The translations under genes were made by a program, and so were the position numbers. The notes below the pieces were generated by a model. It was not told where the DNA came from, ran no database searches, and worked only from the letters and a program-made list of their open reading frames with translations. From Leucoraja erinacea (taxonomy: Eukaryota): a stretch of DNA of 46,249 bases. Shown piece by piece: positions 23,567 through 34,562 of the stretch; position 1 is the stretch's first letter; each line of letters opens with the position of its first letter. The stretch lies in assembly GCF_028641065.1 (NCBI RefSeq), contig NC_073377.1:169959752-170006000 (forward strand), given 5' to 3'.

Positions 23567-25058
23567 GTCTTGTGGACAAATGAGATGAAGATTAACTTAT
23601 ATCAGAGTGATGGCAAGAGCAAAGTATAGAGGAGAGAAGGAGCTGCCCAAGATCCAAAGCATGCCACCTCATCTGTGAAACACAGTGGTGGGGGTGTTAT
23701 GGCCTGGGCATGTATGGCTGCTGAAGGTACTGACTCACTTATCTTCATTGATGATACAACTGCTGATGGTAGTAGGATAATGAATTCTGAAGTGTACAGA
23801 CACATCCTATCTGCTCAAGTTCAAACAAATGCCTCAAAACCCATTGGCCAGCGGTTCATTCTACAACAAGACAATGATCCCAAACATACTGCTAAAGCAA
23901 CAAAGGAGTTTTTCAAAGCTAAAAAATGGTAAATTCTTGAGTGGCCAAGTCAACCTGACCTGAACCCAATTGAGCATGCCTTTCATATGCTGAAGAGAAA
24001 ACTGAAAGGGACTAGCCCCCAAAACAAACATAAACTAAAGATGGCTGCAATACAGGCCTGGTAGAGCATCACCAGAGAAGACACCCAGCAACTGGTGATG
24101 TCCATGAATCGCAGACTTCAAGCAGTCATTGCATGCAAAGGATATGTAACACAATACTAAACATGATCACTTTCATTTACATGACATTGCTGTGTCCCAA
24201 ACATTATGGTGCCCTGAAATGGAGGGGACTATGTATAAACACTGCTGTAATTTCTACATGGTGAAACCAAAATGTATAAAAATGACCTTTATTAACATCT
24301 GACAATGTACACTTTAACCACATGTGATTATTTATATTACAAATTTCAAATTGTGGAGTTCAGAGGTAAATAAATAAATGATGGGTCTTTGTCCCAAACA
24401 TTATGGAGGGCACTGTACGTGTGTTTGGAGAATATGTGGTGCAGGGAAGGAGTGGATTGGGGTAAAAGACGAGATATAAGATTGATGTAGGATTCATAGG
24501 GGTAGGTACTTGATCATCGGCATAGAAGCAATGGCTTGATATTGGAGACACAAGGAACATAAGGGAAGGAGGAAGTGGGTGATGAGAGCTGAGAGTGTTT
24601 AGATGGAGAACATGGAAAGTGGCCCTTTCTCCCAATGGAAATCAAGGAGTAACAAATCCTTATTAATCTCAGAATCTCTGCCACCTGTACTCACATCCTG
24701 CCAAGAGATGAGGTGTTAGGGTTTGTGAGAGTCACTCCTGGTGAGATACATCTAAAACCTCAGTTTGCACAAAAGGTATGTCTTTATAAACATTCACAAT
24801 GTGTCAGTAGTCGCATCTTTTGAGTAATTCTCACTTAACCAAGACACCAAAGAGAATCAGACCATTAAGTGTACCTTGACACAAATCTTTATTGTCAAGT
24901 CCCTAATGGAACTGTTACTGTGAAATATGGGAAATACTTAATGACAAATTATTAATGTAAGACTAACAAAGTCTGATCACAATCTGAAAGAATATAATTT
25001 AAACTGTTTTAACACAATGCAGTAAAATTATGCGTCTGTTTATTTCTTTGCATTACAG

Positions 25059-26029
25059 GGACAGCCCAGGAACTGGCAACCGCGAGGAGTCAAGCTCTCC
25101 AGAACGTGAGAAGTCCCAGAATGATGGCACAGAATCCGGGCATGATGCCGATGTCATCGGTCCAGAACACCAGTGCGATACCAGTCACCACTGGGCAGTC
25201 AGAGATTAGCATTGTGCCCTACAATAATGCCCAGAGCAATCAACAAGGAATGTACAGTATCAGTCCAGGCATGAACCAAATTCTTCAGCATTCAAACCAA
25301 AGTAATGCAACCATGGCACGTAACGTGAGCCAGATGCAGAAACAGCCTGTTGCAGGACAAGGGGTTGGAATGGCACCTGGTTATGGACAAAACTTACTTG
25401 GAAACCCTGTGTTGGCCCAACAGCAGCAAGTGAAAGGACCAGTAGGGCAGCAGATGTCCAAGGCTCAAGTTCAAAGACTACAACTAATGGCAAGTTCTGG
25501 TTCTCCTGCTCAGAGTTGGCAGCAACACAGTTCACAGAGCCTGCCCAATAGAACTCAGGCTAACAATGAGCTCAATCCATTCAACAACAAATCAGTTTAT
25601 CCATTGCAACCTGGTCAACCCAAGATGACCAAGCAACATTTTTCCCAGGCAATGGGTCAGCCAATTCTAGAGTCTGCTGCTGCTGTTGGAGGACAAATGA
25701 TGCCTCATTTTGGAGGACAGCCAAGGACCAACCAGTCGAGACAAATAGTTATGTCTGGCATGACCCAGACAGTCCACAATATGGCTGGTTTTAACCAGGC
25801 CACAGGCCAACAATTGGCAGGAGGCTGCTATGCACAAAGTAACCCAAGTCAAGTGTATCATACAAGAACCACAGGTCAGGACTTGTCCTTCAATTATGCC
25901 GGTCAATCAGGGGCTGGCTCCTTCTCTAATTTATCAGACAGTGTCGCTCTGATGGACTCTCTAATCAAAAGTGGATCAACGGAAGGCTGGATACAAGAGT
26001 TTGATGAAATATTTGGCAGCCAGCAGTAG
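25059..26029 (+). CDS. MAML3: Mastermind-like protein 3, terminal coding exon with the C-terminal acidic activation domain
   Basis: Acceptor tttatttctttgcattacag|GG is phase 1 and completes G|GG from the previous exon. Reads TAQELATARSQALQNVRSPRMMAQN... to DSLIKSGSTEGWIQEFDEIFGSQQ-TAG, colinear with recalled human MAML3 (SPQDIAAVRSQAALQSMRTSRLMAQN...DSIIKGGPGDEWMQELDELFGNP). Confidence 0.95.
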
Positions 26030-26700
26030 ATGAATTTTTAAATATTAAAAGGCTGTTAAATAAAGTGTTTAGGGACCAAGTAAAGTAGACCTAGTTTTGT
26101 AGTTGCACTGCTGTTGCATTACGGTGCTGATGTACATGTAGATGTATACAAACTGTAATGGTTTCATGTAAATAGGTTTTTATATAAGTCCAAATATAAG
26201 GCTTACCATTGGGTCTACTTCCTGTAAAGAATGGCTCTTTGTTTAACAGAATATTGAAGTATTTTTATTTCATTTTACAGTTTTCAATTCATCAACAAAA
26301 CAATGATATTGCACCAGACAATATCTGACTAATTATTTGTACTGTCAACTCTAAACAGATGTGTTCATTGGATACAATTTTTTTCTAGATTTAATTTTTA
26401 CTCTGTACCTTAAGCAGTGCTTGGAACCTGAGCTCCGTTCTTTTTAAACCTGTACAGAATCCTCTACTGTGTAAAAGTGTGATGTTGGATTTTTTTTTTT
26501 TGAGTGGGGGTTGGTTGGGGGTGGCAAATGTTATGTCAATGAATCATGAGATCTTATTAAAAAAGAATTTTAATGTGACCCATGGCTAGTGGAGGTTTTG
26601 TTTCTCCAAAGCAGATTTCAAGTGTATATTAATACCAAAACCCAGGCATATAAGCTGCTAGCATTTGAGTAAGATCCTTCTCCTTGATCAAGAGAATAAA
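26030..26700 (+). promoter_or_regulatory. Proximal MAML3 3' UTR with candidate polyadenylation signals (true end unknown, may extend to about 28.4 kb)
   Basis: AU-rich sequence after the stop. AATAAA at 26059-26064 and 26695-26700. Pumilio-type TGTAAATA at 26167-26174. Confidence 0.5.
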
Positions 26701-27249
26701 AAACACAGAGCATTTAACAAAATGGGAAGTCTTCAGATTTACAAATAGACTTGTCAAAACTCACAATTTGCATTGTATGTCCTTGTAAACAATGAGCTCA
26801 TCTACAACATTACTTTATCTTTGAAAGACTCTGTGTATTCTCTCCTAAATACATACCCAAAATTCTTACAACCTCATGTTTGAACTCCTTAAATTATTGA
26901 AATTAGATGTTCTCCCCTGCCACAGCGATGAAATGGCCCTGATGAAAATCACTTATCAAAATCTTTGTGACTGTGACATTGGTAAACTATCCTGCCTCAC
27001 TTTCCCAAGCTGTCTACAACCCTTGACTTGGTCTACAATGTGACGTTTCTCCTGCAGGTCTTCACTGTTATCCAGATCCATGAGCTGTTCTCACCAGTTC
27101 TCTCTTATCTAAGCAGTCAGGGTCAGAAAAACATCTGCGATGGATTTTCACTTCTACTTTGCATCCCCAAATCTATCCTATTTATTACCCCAAGGCTGCT
27201 CTTTGACAATATTATCAATAACTGCAACATAAAGGATTAATCTGCATAT

Positions 27250-28035
27250 CAGTGACATTTTTATGATTCCTCAACCATCTGTAATTTGTGACATTGCTTG
27301 TTCAACATCCAGTAATGGTTAAGCACAAAGATCTTTGAACTAAATATTGGGAAAACTGAAACCACTGTGTTTGATGCAGTTGGGGACTCAAGAATGCCAC
27401 AAACTCCATTGTCCACCTCCCAACTCCATCCTCTCCCTGGAAAGTGAAACAGACCACTTGCAACAATGATCTTCAGATGAACCTCTAACCACATAAACAC
27501 TGCATCAATGGATCTCCCTACTTTCACCACTGGAACATCACCCTTGATGCTGCCAGTATCTCTTCTCCTTTGGTATTGCAAACCTATTGTGCCACATCCA
27601 ATGCTCCCCTCACACCATAAATCAGAGTGCATCCAAAACTTTGCTGCCAGTCACTTGTAACACACCCTGACTATAAATCCTCGACGTACATTGTTTCCTC
27701 AGTTTTAAAATACTTATTCTAATTTTTGAATCCTTCAGTGACTTTATCCCTCCATATCCTAGTGTCTCCTCCAACTCTGGAAATGTTTGGGATTTCTACT
27801 CTCCTCATACCTCTTGCAAATCATCATCCTAATCACTCTTATCAGTTATGTGCAGTCATGCAATGCCATCATTTGGAAATCTACCCTAAAACCCTTACAC
27901 TTTGTGACATCCATCCAACACAATCAGGCTTTGGTGCATCTGTTCAAATACAATAATATTTGTTGATTAATTTCACCATGCAGGTTAAGAAGTTTTGCTT
28001 TATTAAAACAACTATGTAAATGCAAATTGTTATTT
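27250..28035 (+). mobile_element. Ancient L2-like LINE remnant, possibly inside the MAML3 3' UTR
   Basis: WLSTKIFELNIGKTETTVF resembles the L2 ORF2 LQLNxxKTE motif. The tail CTATGTAAATGCAAATTGTT resembles the L2/DeuSINE 3' end. Confidence 0.5.
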
Positions 28036-28632
28036 GTAATTTATCTCCATTTTGTTGCCAATTCCTGTGTATACAATTTTGACTATTCATTTATTTGGAA
28101 TGTTCAGTTTATCGTGCTAAGAAATATGCAAGTGATTCTTCACACATGTATTCAATGGGTATTTCTACATGCACTAACAATGTTTGAAACGTACATTGTA
28201 ATATAAAAAAAATCGTTAATTTGGAAAACCACTTTATACAATATTTCCAGCTGATATATAATGGAATGATGTTGCATACTGATTTTGTTAAGTGTATTTT
28301 TTTATTTATTAGTTACCTCCTGTTACAATCAAAGCAATCCAGGTATCCTGCTCTATGTTTTTCAGTATTTGCAGGTATGAAAATAGAAATTAGTTGTTAC
28401 AATTCATTTGATTCGCTGTATTGGAATTGCATCTTGCGGATAATTGAATAAGGTTAATTTGATTTTTCTTGTCAGAAATCTCGAAGTGGCTGTAAGAGGC
28501 GAATTTTTGGAAAGTTAGAAATGGGAGTAGTTTGTGTTTGTATTAATGACATGCTCGTGATTCTAATTCGTCGTCTGCTAAACTCATCTCAACGGTGGCA
28601 ACAACTAACAGAAGAAAACGAAGGGGAGGGTA

Positions 28633-28851
28633 TACACAAAAAGCTGGAGTAACTCAACGGAACAGCTGGTATCTCTGGAGAGAAGAATGGGTGACATTTC
28701 AGGCCGAGACACTTCAGACAGGAGAAGAAGGGTCTCGCCCCGAAACGTCACCCATTCCTTCTCTCCAGAGATGCTGCCTGTCCCGCTGAGTTACTCCAGC
28801 ATTTTGTGTCTCTCTTCGGTTTAAACCAGCATCTGCAGTTCCTTTCTACAC
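28633..28851. mobile_element. Penelope-derived fold-back unit
   Basis: Inverted pair around two back-to-back degenerate hammerhead-like cores (GAAGAAGGGTCTCGCCCCGAAACGTCACCC on +). Confidence 0.78.
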
Positions 28852-28863
28852 AAAAAGGAAAGG

Positions 28864-29072
28864 GAGTTTGTGCGTTCTCCCTGTGACTGAGAGGGTTTTC
28901 TCCGGGTGCTCCGGTTTCTTCCCGCGCTCCAAATATGTGCAGGTTTGTTGGTCAATGACTTGTGTAAATTGTCCCTAGCGTGCAGAACAGAACTAGTATA
29001 TAGGCGATCGTGGTCGGTGTGGACTCGGTTGGCCGAAGGATCTATTTCCACACTATATCTCTAAAACTAAAA
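28864..29072 (+). mobile_element. 5'-truncated V-SINE
   Basis: V-domain and tail present, head absent. Confidence 0.8.
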
Positions 29073-29759
29073 CCTCTTCAATTATAAATGCCCTGTAGAT
29101 CAGACAGTGCCTGTGGAGAGTGAAAAAATGAGCAATTACTAAGAGATGACAGCAACAAACAATCTGCTGGAGGAATTCACCAGGTTGAGCAGCATCTGGG
29201 AGTGGGGTGAAACTGTTAATGTTGTGGGTTAGAATCCTGAATCAGGATTACAGATGGATAACCCCACAGTAAAAATGGCCAGTTCTGACACACTTACAGT
29301 TGTCGATTGTATTATTGGGTTTACAAATGCTGCATTGTGCCCAGACAGAAGACATGCTGATCTGCCAGAAATCACAGTTGCTACTCCACCTCTCTTTTCC
29401 TTTTTTCTAATCCTCTGGGAATGAAGGACATGCCTATCCTGACCTGCTGGGCAAGTCTTCCTGCTCTGCCACACCCCCTATTCTGTTTTATCTATGTGCT
29501 TTTGTCCAGGCTCTCACTCTGGAACTGCTCCCATTCATTCATTGACCAGGTGTTTATCCTCATGGCCAGAGCCATCCCCTCTCCTATTTACCCCACCTAT
29601 ATAGAATGGATGTGGAGAGGACTCTTGCAGTAGTGGGTAAGTCTGTAATTATATATAGTTTTTCCGCTGATTAACTTGGGACAAAAGCTTTTCTCTGTAC
29701 CTCGGTACATGTGACAATAAACTATACTAGACTCAACTAAAATTAACAAAACTAATATA

Positions 29760-30045
29760 GGACCAGAAGGCACAGCCTCAGAATAAAAGGATATGCCTTT
29801 AGAATGAAGATGAGGAGGGATTTCTTTAGCCAGAGGGTGGTGAATCTGTAGAATTAATTGTCACAGAGGCGGTGGAGGCTGTCATTGGATGTTTTTAAAC
29901 CAGAGATTGATAGGTTCTAGATTAGTAAGGGTGTCTCAAAGGTTATGTAGAGAAGGCAGGAGAATGGGGTTGAGAGGGAAGTAGATGAGCCATATTGAGT
30001 GGCAGAGCAGACTCAATGGACTGAATGGATCCATGGTCTTATGGT
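29760..30045 (+). mobile_element. CR1 LINE 3' end
   Basis: Homologous to 14280-14560. Confidence 0.82.
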
Positions 30046-30396
30046 CAGTTTGCCAAGTCTCCTTTTCAGTTCTGAAACGATAACTTTGCTTCCATTCCCA
30101 GAGATATGGCCTGATCTGCTGAATATAATCAAGGCCATTAATAAGACAACAATAAATCAAGCCAAACATTTGGGTTTATTTCAAGGGAGAAGGATTCGAA
30201 TGAATGGAGATGTTAAACATGCAACAACTTTATTTAAATCACATTTGGAATATTATTTACAGTTTTAATTACAAGATCCTAGATTAGATATATTGGTATC
30301 TTCAGCCGAGACATGATGAAACATGTTCAAGAAACAAAGGAGAAAAGATTTTACGACGTCCTATGCTGAAGGAATATTTTACAGCCATCCCTCACC

Positions 30397-30434
<38 letters not shown>

Positions 30435-30515
30435 ACCAACCCAGGTATGGGTGGTCCCTTACATACTGCTCCCCAACTTGATCCCATCCAAGCCTATACT
30501 GTCCACTCACTCGTA

Positions 30516-30624
30516 ACACCAGAGTTGTCATCCATGGTTTGTTTCTGTTTGACCCTCCAAGGCAACTTACACCAGAGTTGTCATGCATGGTTTGTTTCTG
30601 TTCGACCCTCCAAGGCAACTTACA
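30516..30624. repeat. 53-bp tandem duplication
   Basis: ACACCAGAGTTGTCAT(C/G)CATGGTTTGTTTCTGTT(T/C)GACCCTCCAAGGCAACTT x2. Confidence 0.9.
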
Positions 30625-30896
30625 AGATGGTATCAGTGGAACAATGAACAGTTTGTGAACTCACTTCCCATGCCCCTGCGTTCCGTGATCGGTTCGGGAA
30701 GCGGGTCACGGCAGCCTCGCCACAAGGTAGCGGAAGGGTGAGAGCTGGAGGAGATAATGGTACGGTCATAGTTGTGGGTTGTGGCAATGGTGGAGGTTCT
30801 ACAGCAGTCAGGTGAGTGAGAGGCAACAGGGACAAACTATAGGCCAGGGAGCTGCATGGAGAAATTACTGGAGAAGATTTGTAGGGTCAGGAAAAG

Positions 30897-30995
30897 CATT
30901 GGGGAATGTTAGCATGGGTCTGTCTCACACAACAAGGAGTACACAACATTGGGGAATGTTAGCATGGGTCTGTCTCACACAACAAGGAGTACACA
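30897..30995. repeat. Perfect 50-bp-period tandem duplication
   Basis: CATTGGGGAATGTTAGCATGGGTCTGTCTCACACAACAAGGAGTACACA x2. Confidence 0.92.
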
Positions 30996-31376
30996 CATTG
31001 AACATTGAATTCTACATTTTTGGGTAACTCACGTCTGTCCTTTTTTCTCCTCCTATCCATCTTCACACACCCCCTTCTTCCCACCATAACTCCCTTGTCA
31101 TTCTGTTTCTTTCCCATCCTCCCACCTACATCTGCCCATCACCTCCCACACCCCACACCCCTCTCTCTCTCTCCCTCTCTCTCTGGTGTTACCACCTGCC
31201 ATCATTCCTCCCGGCTTGTTGCCACTTCACCTTCCCTTTTTATCAATGTGTTTTGCGTACTTTCGGGACAAAATCAACTAATGGACATCTGTAAAAAGGG
31301 AACACATTTGTTACCTGACGATAGCTCGTACACTTCAAGGAAAGATGAATACGTGCTGGAAAGGGCATGGAAATAA

Positions 31377-31572
31377 GGCACAGTAGGGTGGCACAACTTG
31401 TAGAGCTGCTGCCTCACAGTGCCAGAGACCTCAGTTCAATCCTGATCTCAGGTGTTGTTTACGTGTAGTTTGCATGTTCTCCCTGTGACCATGTGGCTTG
31501 GTATCTATGGTCGGCAAAGATACGGTGGGCCAAAGGGCCTGTTTCCATGCTGTAATTCTAAACTAAACTAAA
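31377..31572 (+). mobile_element. Internally deleted V-SINE
   Basis: Head, start of V-domain and (CTAAA)n tail. Confidence 0.78.
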
Positions 31573-31791
31573 GCGTCAATTAATTATATAAATTGGTTTG
31601 GAATGCATATTATTTTAATTCTCCATTGTGAACCTTAACAAAGGGCTAGGGTCTGGGTCTGTTTGGAAATGAGGAATTGAGAAGAGTTACTAATACAATG
31701 CTCAGATCTGTTATTCATGTACAGTCAAGAAGGAAGTGGGTGTCTGGGTAGCAACGTTGCCTTCCTTCCTCCCTTTATGGTTCTACTTAGT

Positions 31792-32790
31792 AGCAAAGAG
31801 TAGGAGTGAACGGGTCCTTTTCAGAATGGCTGGCAGTGGCGAGTGGAGTGCCGCAAGGCTCGGTGTTGGGGCCGCAACTGTTTACCGTATATATTAATGA
31901 TTTGGAAGAGGGAATTAGGAGCAACACTAGCAGGTTTGCGAATGACACAAAGCTGGGTGGCAGTGTGAACTGTGAAGAGATTGTTAGGAGGTTGCAGGGT
32001 GACCTGGACAGGTTGAGTGAGTCGGCAGATGCGTGGCAGATGCAGTATAATATAGATAAATGTGAGGTTATCCACTTTGGCGGCAAAAACAAGGGGGCAG
32101 ATTATTATCTCAATGGGGTTAGGTTAGGTAAGGTGGAGGTGCAGAGAGACCTGGGTGTCCTTGTACACCAGTCACTGTAAGTTGGCGTGCAGGTACAGCA
32201 GGCAGTGATGAAAGCTAATGGAATGTTGGCCTTCATAACAAGTGGATTTCAGTTATCGGAGTAAAGAGGTTCTTCTGCAGTTGTATAGGGCTCTGGTGAG
32301 ACCACATCTGGAGTATTGTGTACAGTTTTGGTCTCCTAATTTGAGGAAGGACATCCTTGTGATTGAGGCAGTGCAGCGTAGGTTCACAAGCTTGATCCCT
32401 GGGATGGCGGGACTGTCATACGAGGAAAGATTGAAAAGACTAGGCTTGTATTCACTGGAGTTTAGAAGGAGGGGGAATCTTATAGAAACATATAAAATTA
32501 TAAAAGGACTGGACAAGCTAGATGCAGGAAAATGTTCCCAATGTTGGGCGAGTCCAGAACCAGGGGCCACAGTCTTAGAATAAAGGGGAGGTCATTTAAG
32601 ACGAAGGTGAGAAAAAACTTTTTCACCCAGAGAGTTGTGAATTTATGGAATTCCCTGCCACAGAGGGCAGTGGAGACCAAGTCACTGGATGGATTTAAGA
32701 GAGAGTTAGATAGAGCTCTAGGGGCTAGTGGAATCAAGGGATATGGGGAGAAAGCAGGCACAGGTTATTGACAGGGGACGATCAGCCATT
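31792..32790 (+). mobile_element. CR1 LINE, 5'-truncated (RT C-terminal half to 3' UTR), pseudogenised
   Basis: SGVPQGSVLGP, FANDTKL (catalytic D to N), [15 protein letters not shown] and FFTQRVVNLWNSLP, spread over several frames. Confidence 0.93.
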
Positions 32791-32794
32791 ATCT

Positions 32795-33620
32795 CAATTA
32801 ATTTTTAAAAAGGGAGGGAGAGAGAAAACGGGGAATTACAGACCAGTCAGTCTAACGTCGGTAGTGGGGAAACTGCTAGAGTCGGTTATTAAAGATGGGA
32901 TAGCAGCACATTTGGAAAGTGGTGAAATCATTGGACAAAGTCAGCATGGATTTATGAAAGGTAAATCATGTCTGACGAATCTTATAGAATTCTTCGAGGA
33001 TGTAGCTAGTAGAGTGGATGAGGGAGAACCAGTGGATGTGTTATATCTAGACTTTCAGAAGGCTTTCGACAAGGTCCCACATAAGTGATTAGTATACAAA
33101 CTTAAAGCACACGGTATTGGGGGTTGAGTATTGATGTGGATAGAGAACTGGCTGGCAGACAGGAAGCAAAGAGTAGGAGTAAACGGGTCCTTTTCACAAT
33201 GGCAGGCAGTGACTAGTGGGGTACCGCAAGGATCAGTTCTGGGACCCCAGCTATTTACAATATATATTAATGATTTGGACGAGGGAATTGAATGCAACAT
33301 CTCCAAATTTGCGGATGACACGAAGCTGGGGGGCAGTGTTAGCTGTGAGGAGGATGTTAGGAGGCTGCAAGGTGACTTGGATAGGCTGGGTGAGTGGGCA
33401 AATGCATGGCAGATGCAGTATAATGTGGATAAATGTGAGGTTATCCATTTTGGTGGCAAAAACAGGAAAGTAGACTATTATCTAAATGGTGGCCGATTAG
33501 GAAAGGGGGAGATGCAACGAGACCTGGGTGTCATGGTACACCAGTCATTAAAAGTAGGCATGCAGGTGCAGCAGGATTTGAGTATAGGAGCAGGGAGGTT
33601 CTGCTGCAGTTGTACAGGGT
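32795..33620 (+). mobile_element. Second CR1 LINE RT fragment
   Basis: NYRPVSLTS, QHGF, YLDFQKAFDKVPH, GVPQGSVLGP and KFADDTKL, with in-frame stops. Confidence 0.93.
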
Positions 33621-33857
33621 CATCGCACCAAAGCTTCATTTGTTCTCCACAGATATCCTTGATCTGCTGAGGGCTCCTAGTTTATTTTCTGTCTTTGTTT
33701 CAGATTTCCAACATTTTCTTTGCTTTTCAATCCCTGTCTTATTTTAATGTAACTCATGTTTTTCTCTCTCTCCTCAGGTGTCGGGAGATTAACAGGATCC
33801 CCCACCATTTTAGATTCCCACCAGCTGTTCTCTTCCCCACCTCACAGTTCCTGCAGA

Positions 33858-34228
33858 AGCGCAAGGTATCTGAAAATAGACACAAAGTGCCGGTGTAAGT
33901 CAGCGGGTCAGGCAGCATCTCTGGAGAAAAAAGGTGGATGATGTTTCATGTCAGGATTCTTCTTCAGACTGAAAGTAAAAGGGAGGGAACTGGAGGAAGG
34001 AAAAGGCCAGAACAAACCTGGATGGGCAACAGATAACCAAGGAAGGGTTGAGCCCATTGTGGCTCTATGGAAGGGGTGGTAATGAAGGGATACAAGGATG
34101 CAAACAGTGCAACTAGTAGGCCAACTAGGGTGAGTTATATGAAGGGTCCCCATCCAAAGCATCACCTATCCACGTTCACCAGGGATGTTGCCTGACCTGC
34201 TGGGTAACTGCAGCATTTTGTGTGTGTC
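33858..34228. mobile_element. Penelope-derived remnant with an inverted terminal segment
   Basis: Homologous to 43022-43310; degenerate minus-strand CTGAAGAAG...GAAACATC. Confidence 0.7.
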
Positions 34229-34562
34229 TCCAGCAGAACTTTTGCCTTCCTTCCTCTGCCCTCACGCTATTCACAATTCCTTCAAACAAATTAGCTGCCA
34301 TTAACAATCCTTCAGCAGCTTTTGGTGCTATCCCCGTGAATCTACCAATCTGTGCCATGCATCAACACTGGGTTTCCACACAATTAAAGACGTTTGATTT
34401 TTTTCTCCACCTCTACAAATTAAAATATGTCTGCTTTCTAAATCTGTCACTGCTCTGAATTCACATGTCACTGATCTTATCGAACATAGAACAGTTCAGC
34501 GCAAGAACAGGCCCTTCCGTCCACAATGTCTATGCTGAACATTATGCAAGACCACCTCTTAT

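Larger units (their letters stand above)
22266..24415 (+). mobile_element. Tc1-family IR/DR-type DNA transposon, defective
   Basis: TA|CAGTGCCCTCCATAATGTTTGGGACAAAG...CTTTGTCCCAAACATTATGGAGGGCACTG|TA. Inner direct repeat GTCCCAAACATTATGG at about 24194. Transposase remnant at about 23567-24160 (VKHSGGGVMAW, QQDNDPKH, WPSQ/PDLNPIE) with stops and a frameshift. Confidence 0.93.

Noticed and set aside
22888-23579. Long Pro-rich and Gly-rich ORFs
   Set aside because: A C-rich low-complexity tract inside a transposon, with no splice or codon evidence.
31806-33670. An intact reverse transcriptase gene or RT-based system
   Set aside because: These are CR1 LINE fragments with stops, frameshifts and a mutated catalytic motif in one copy.
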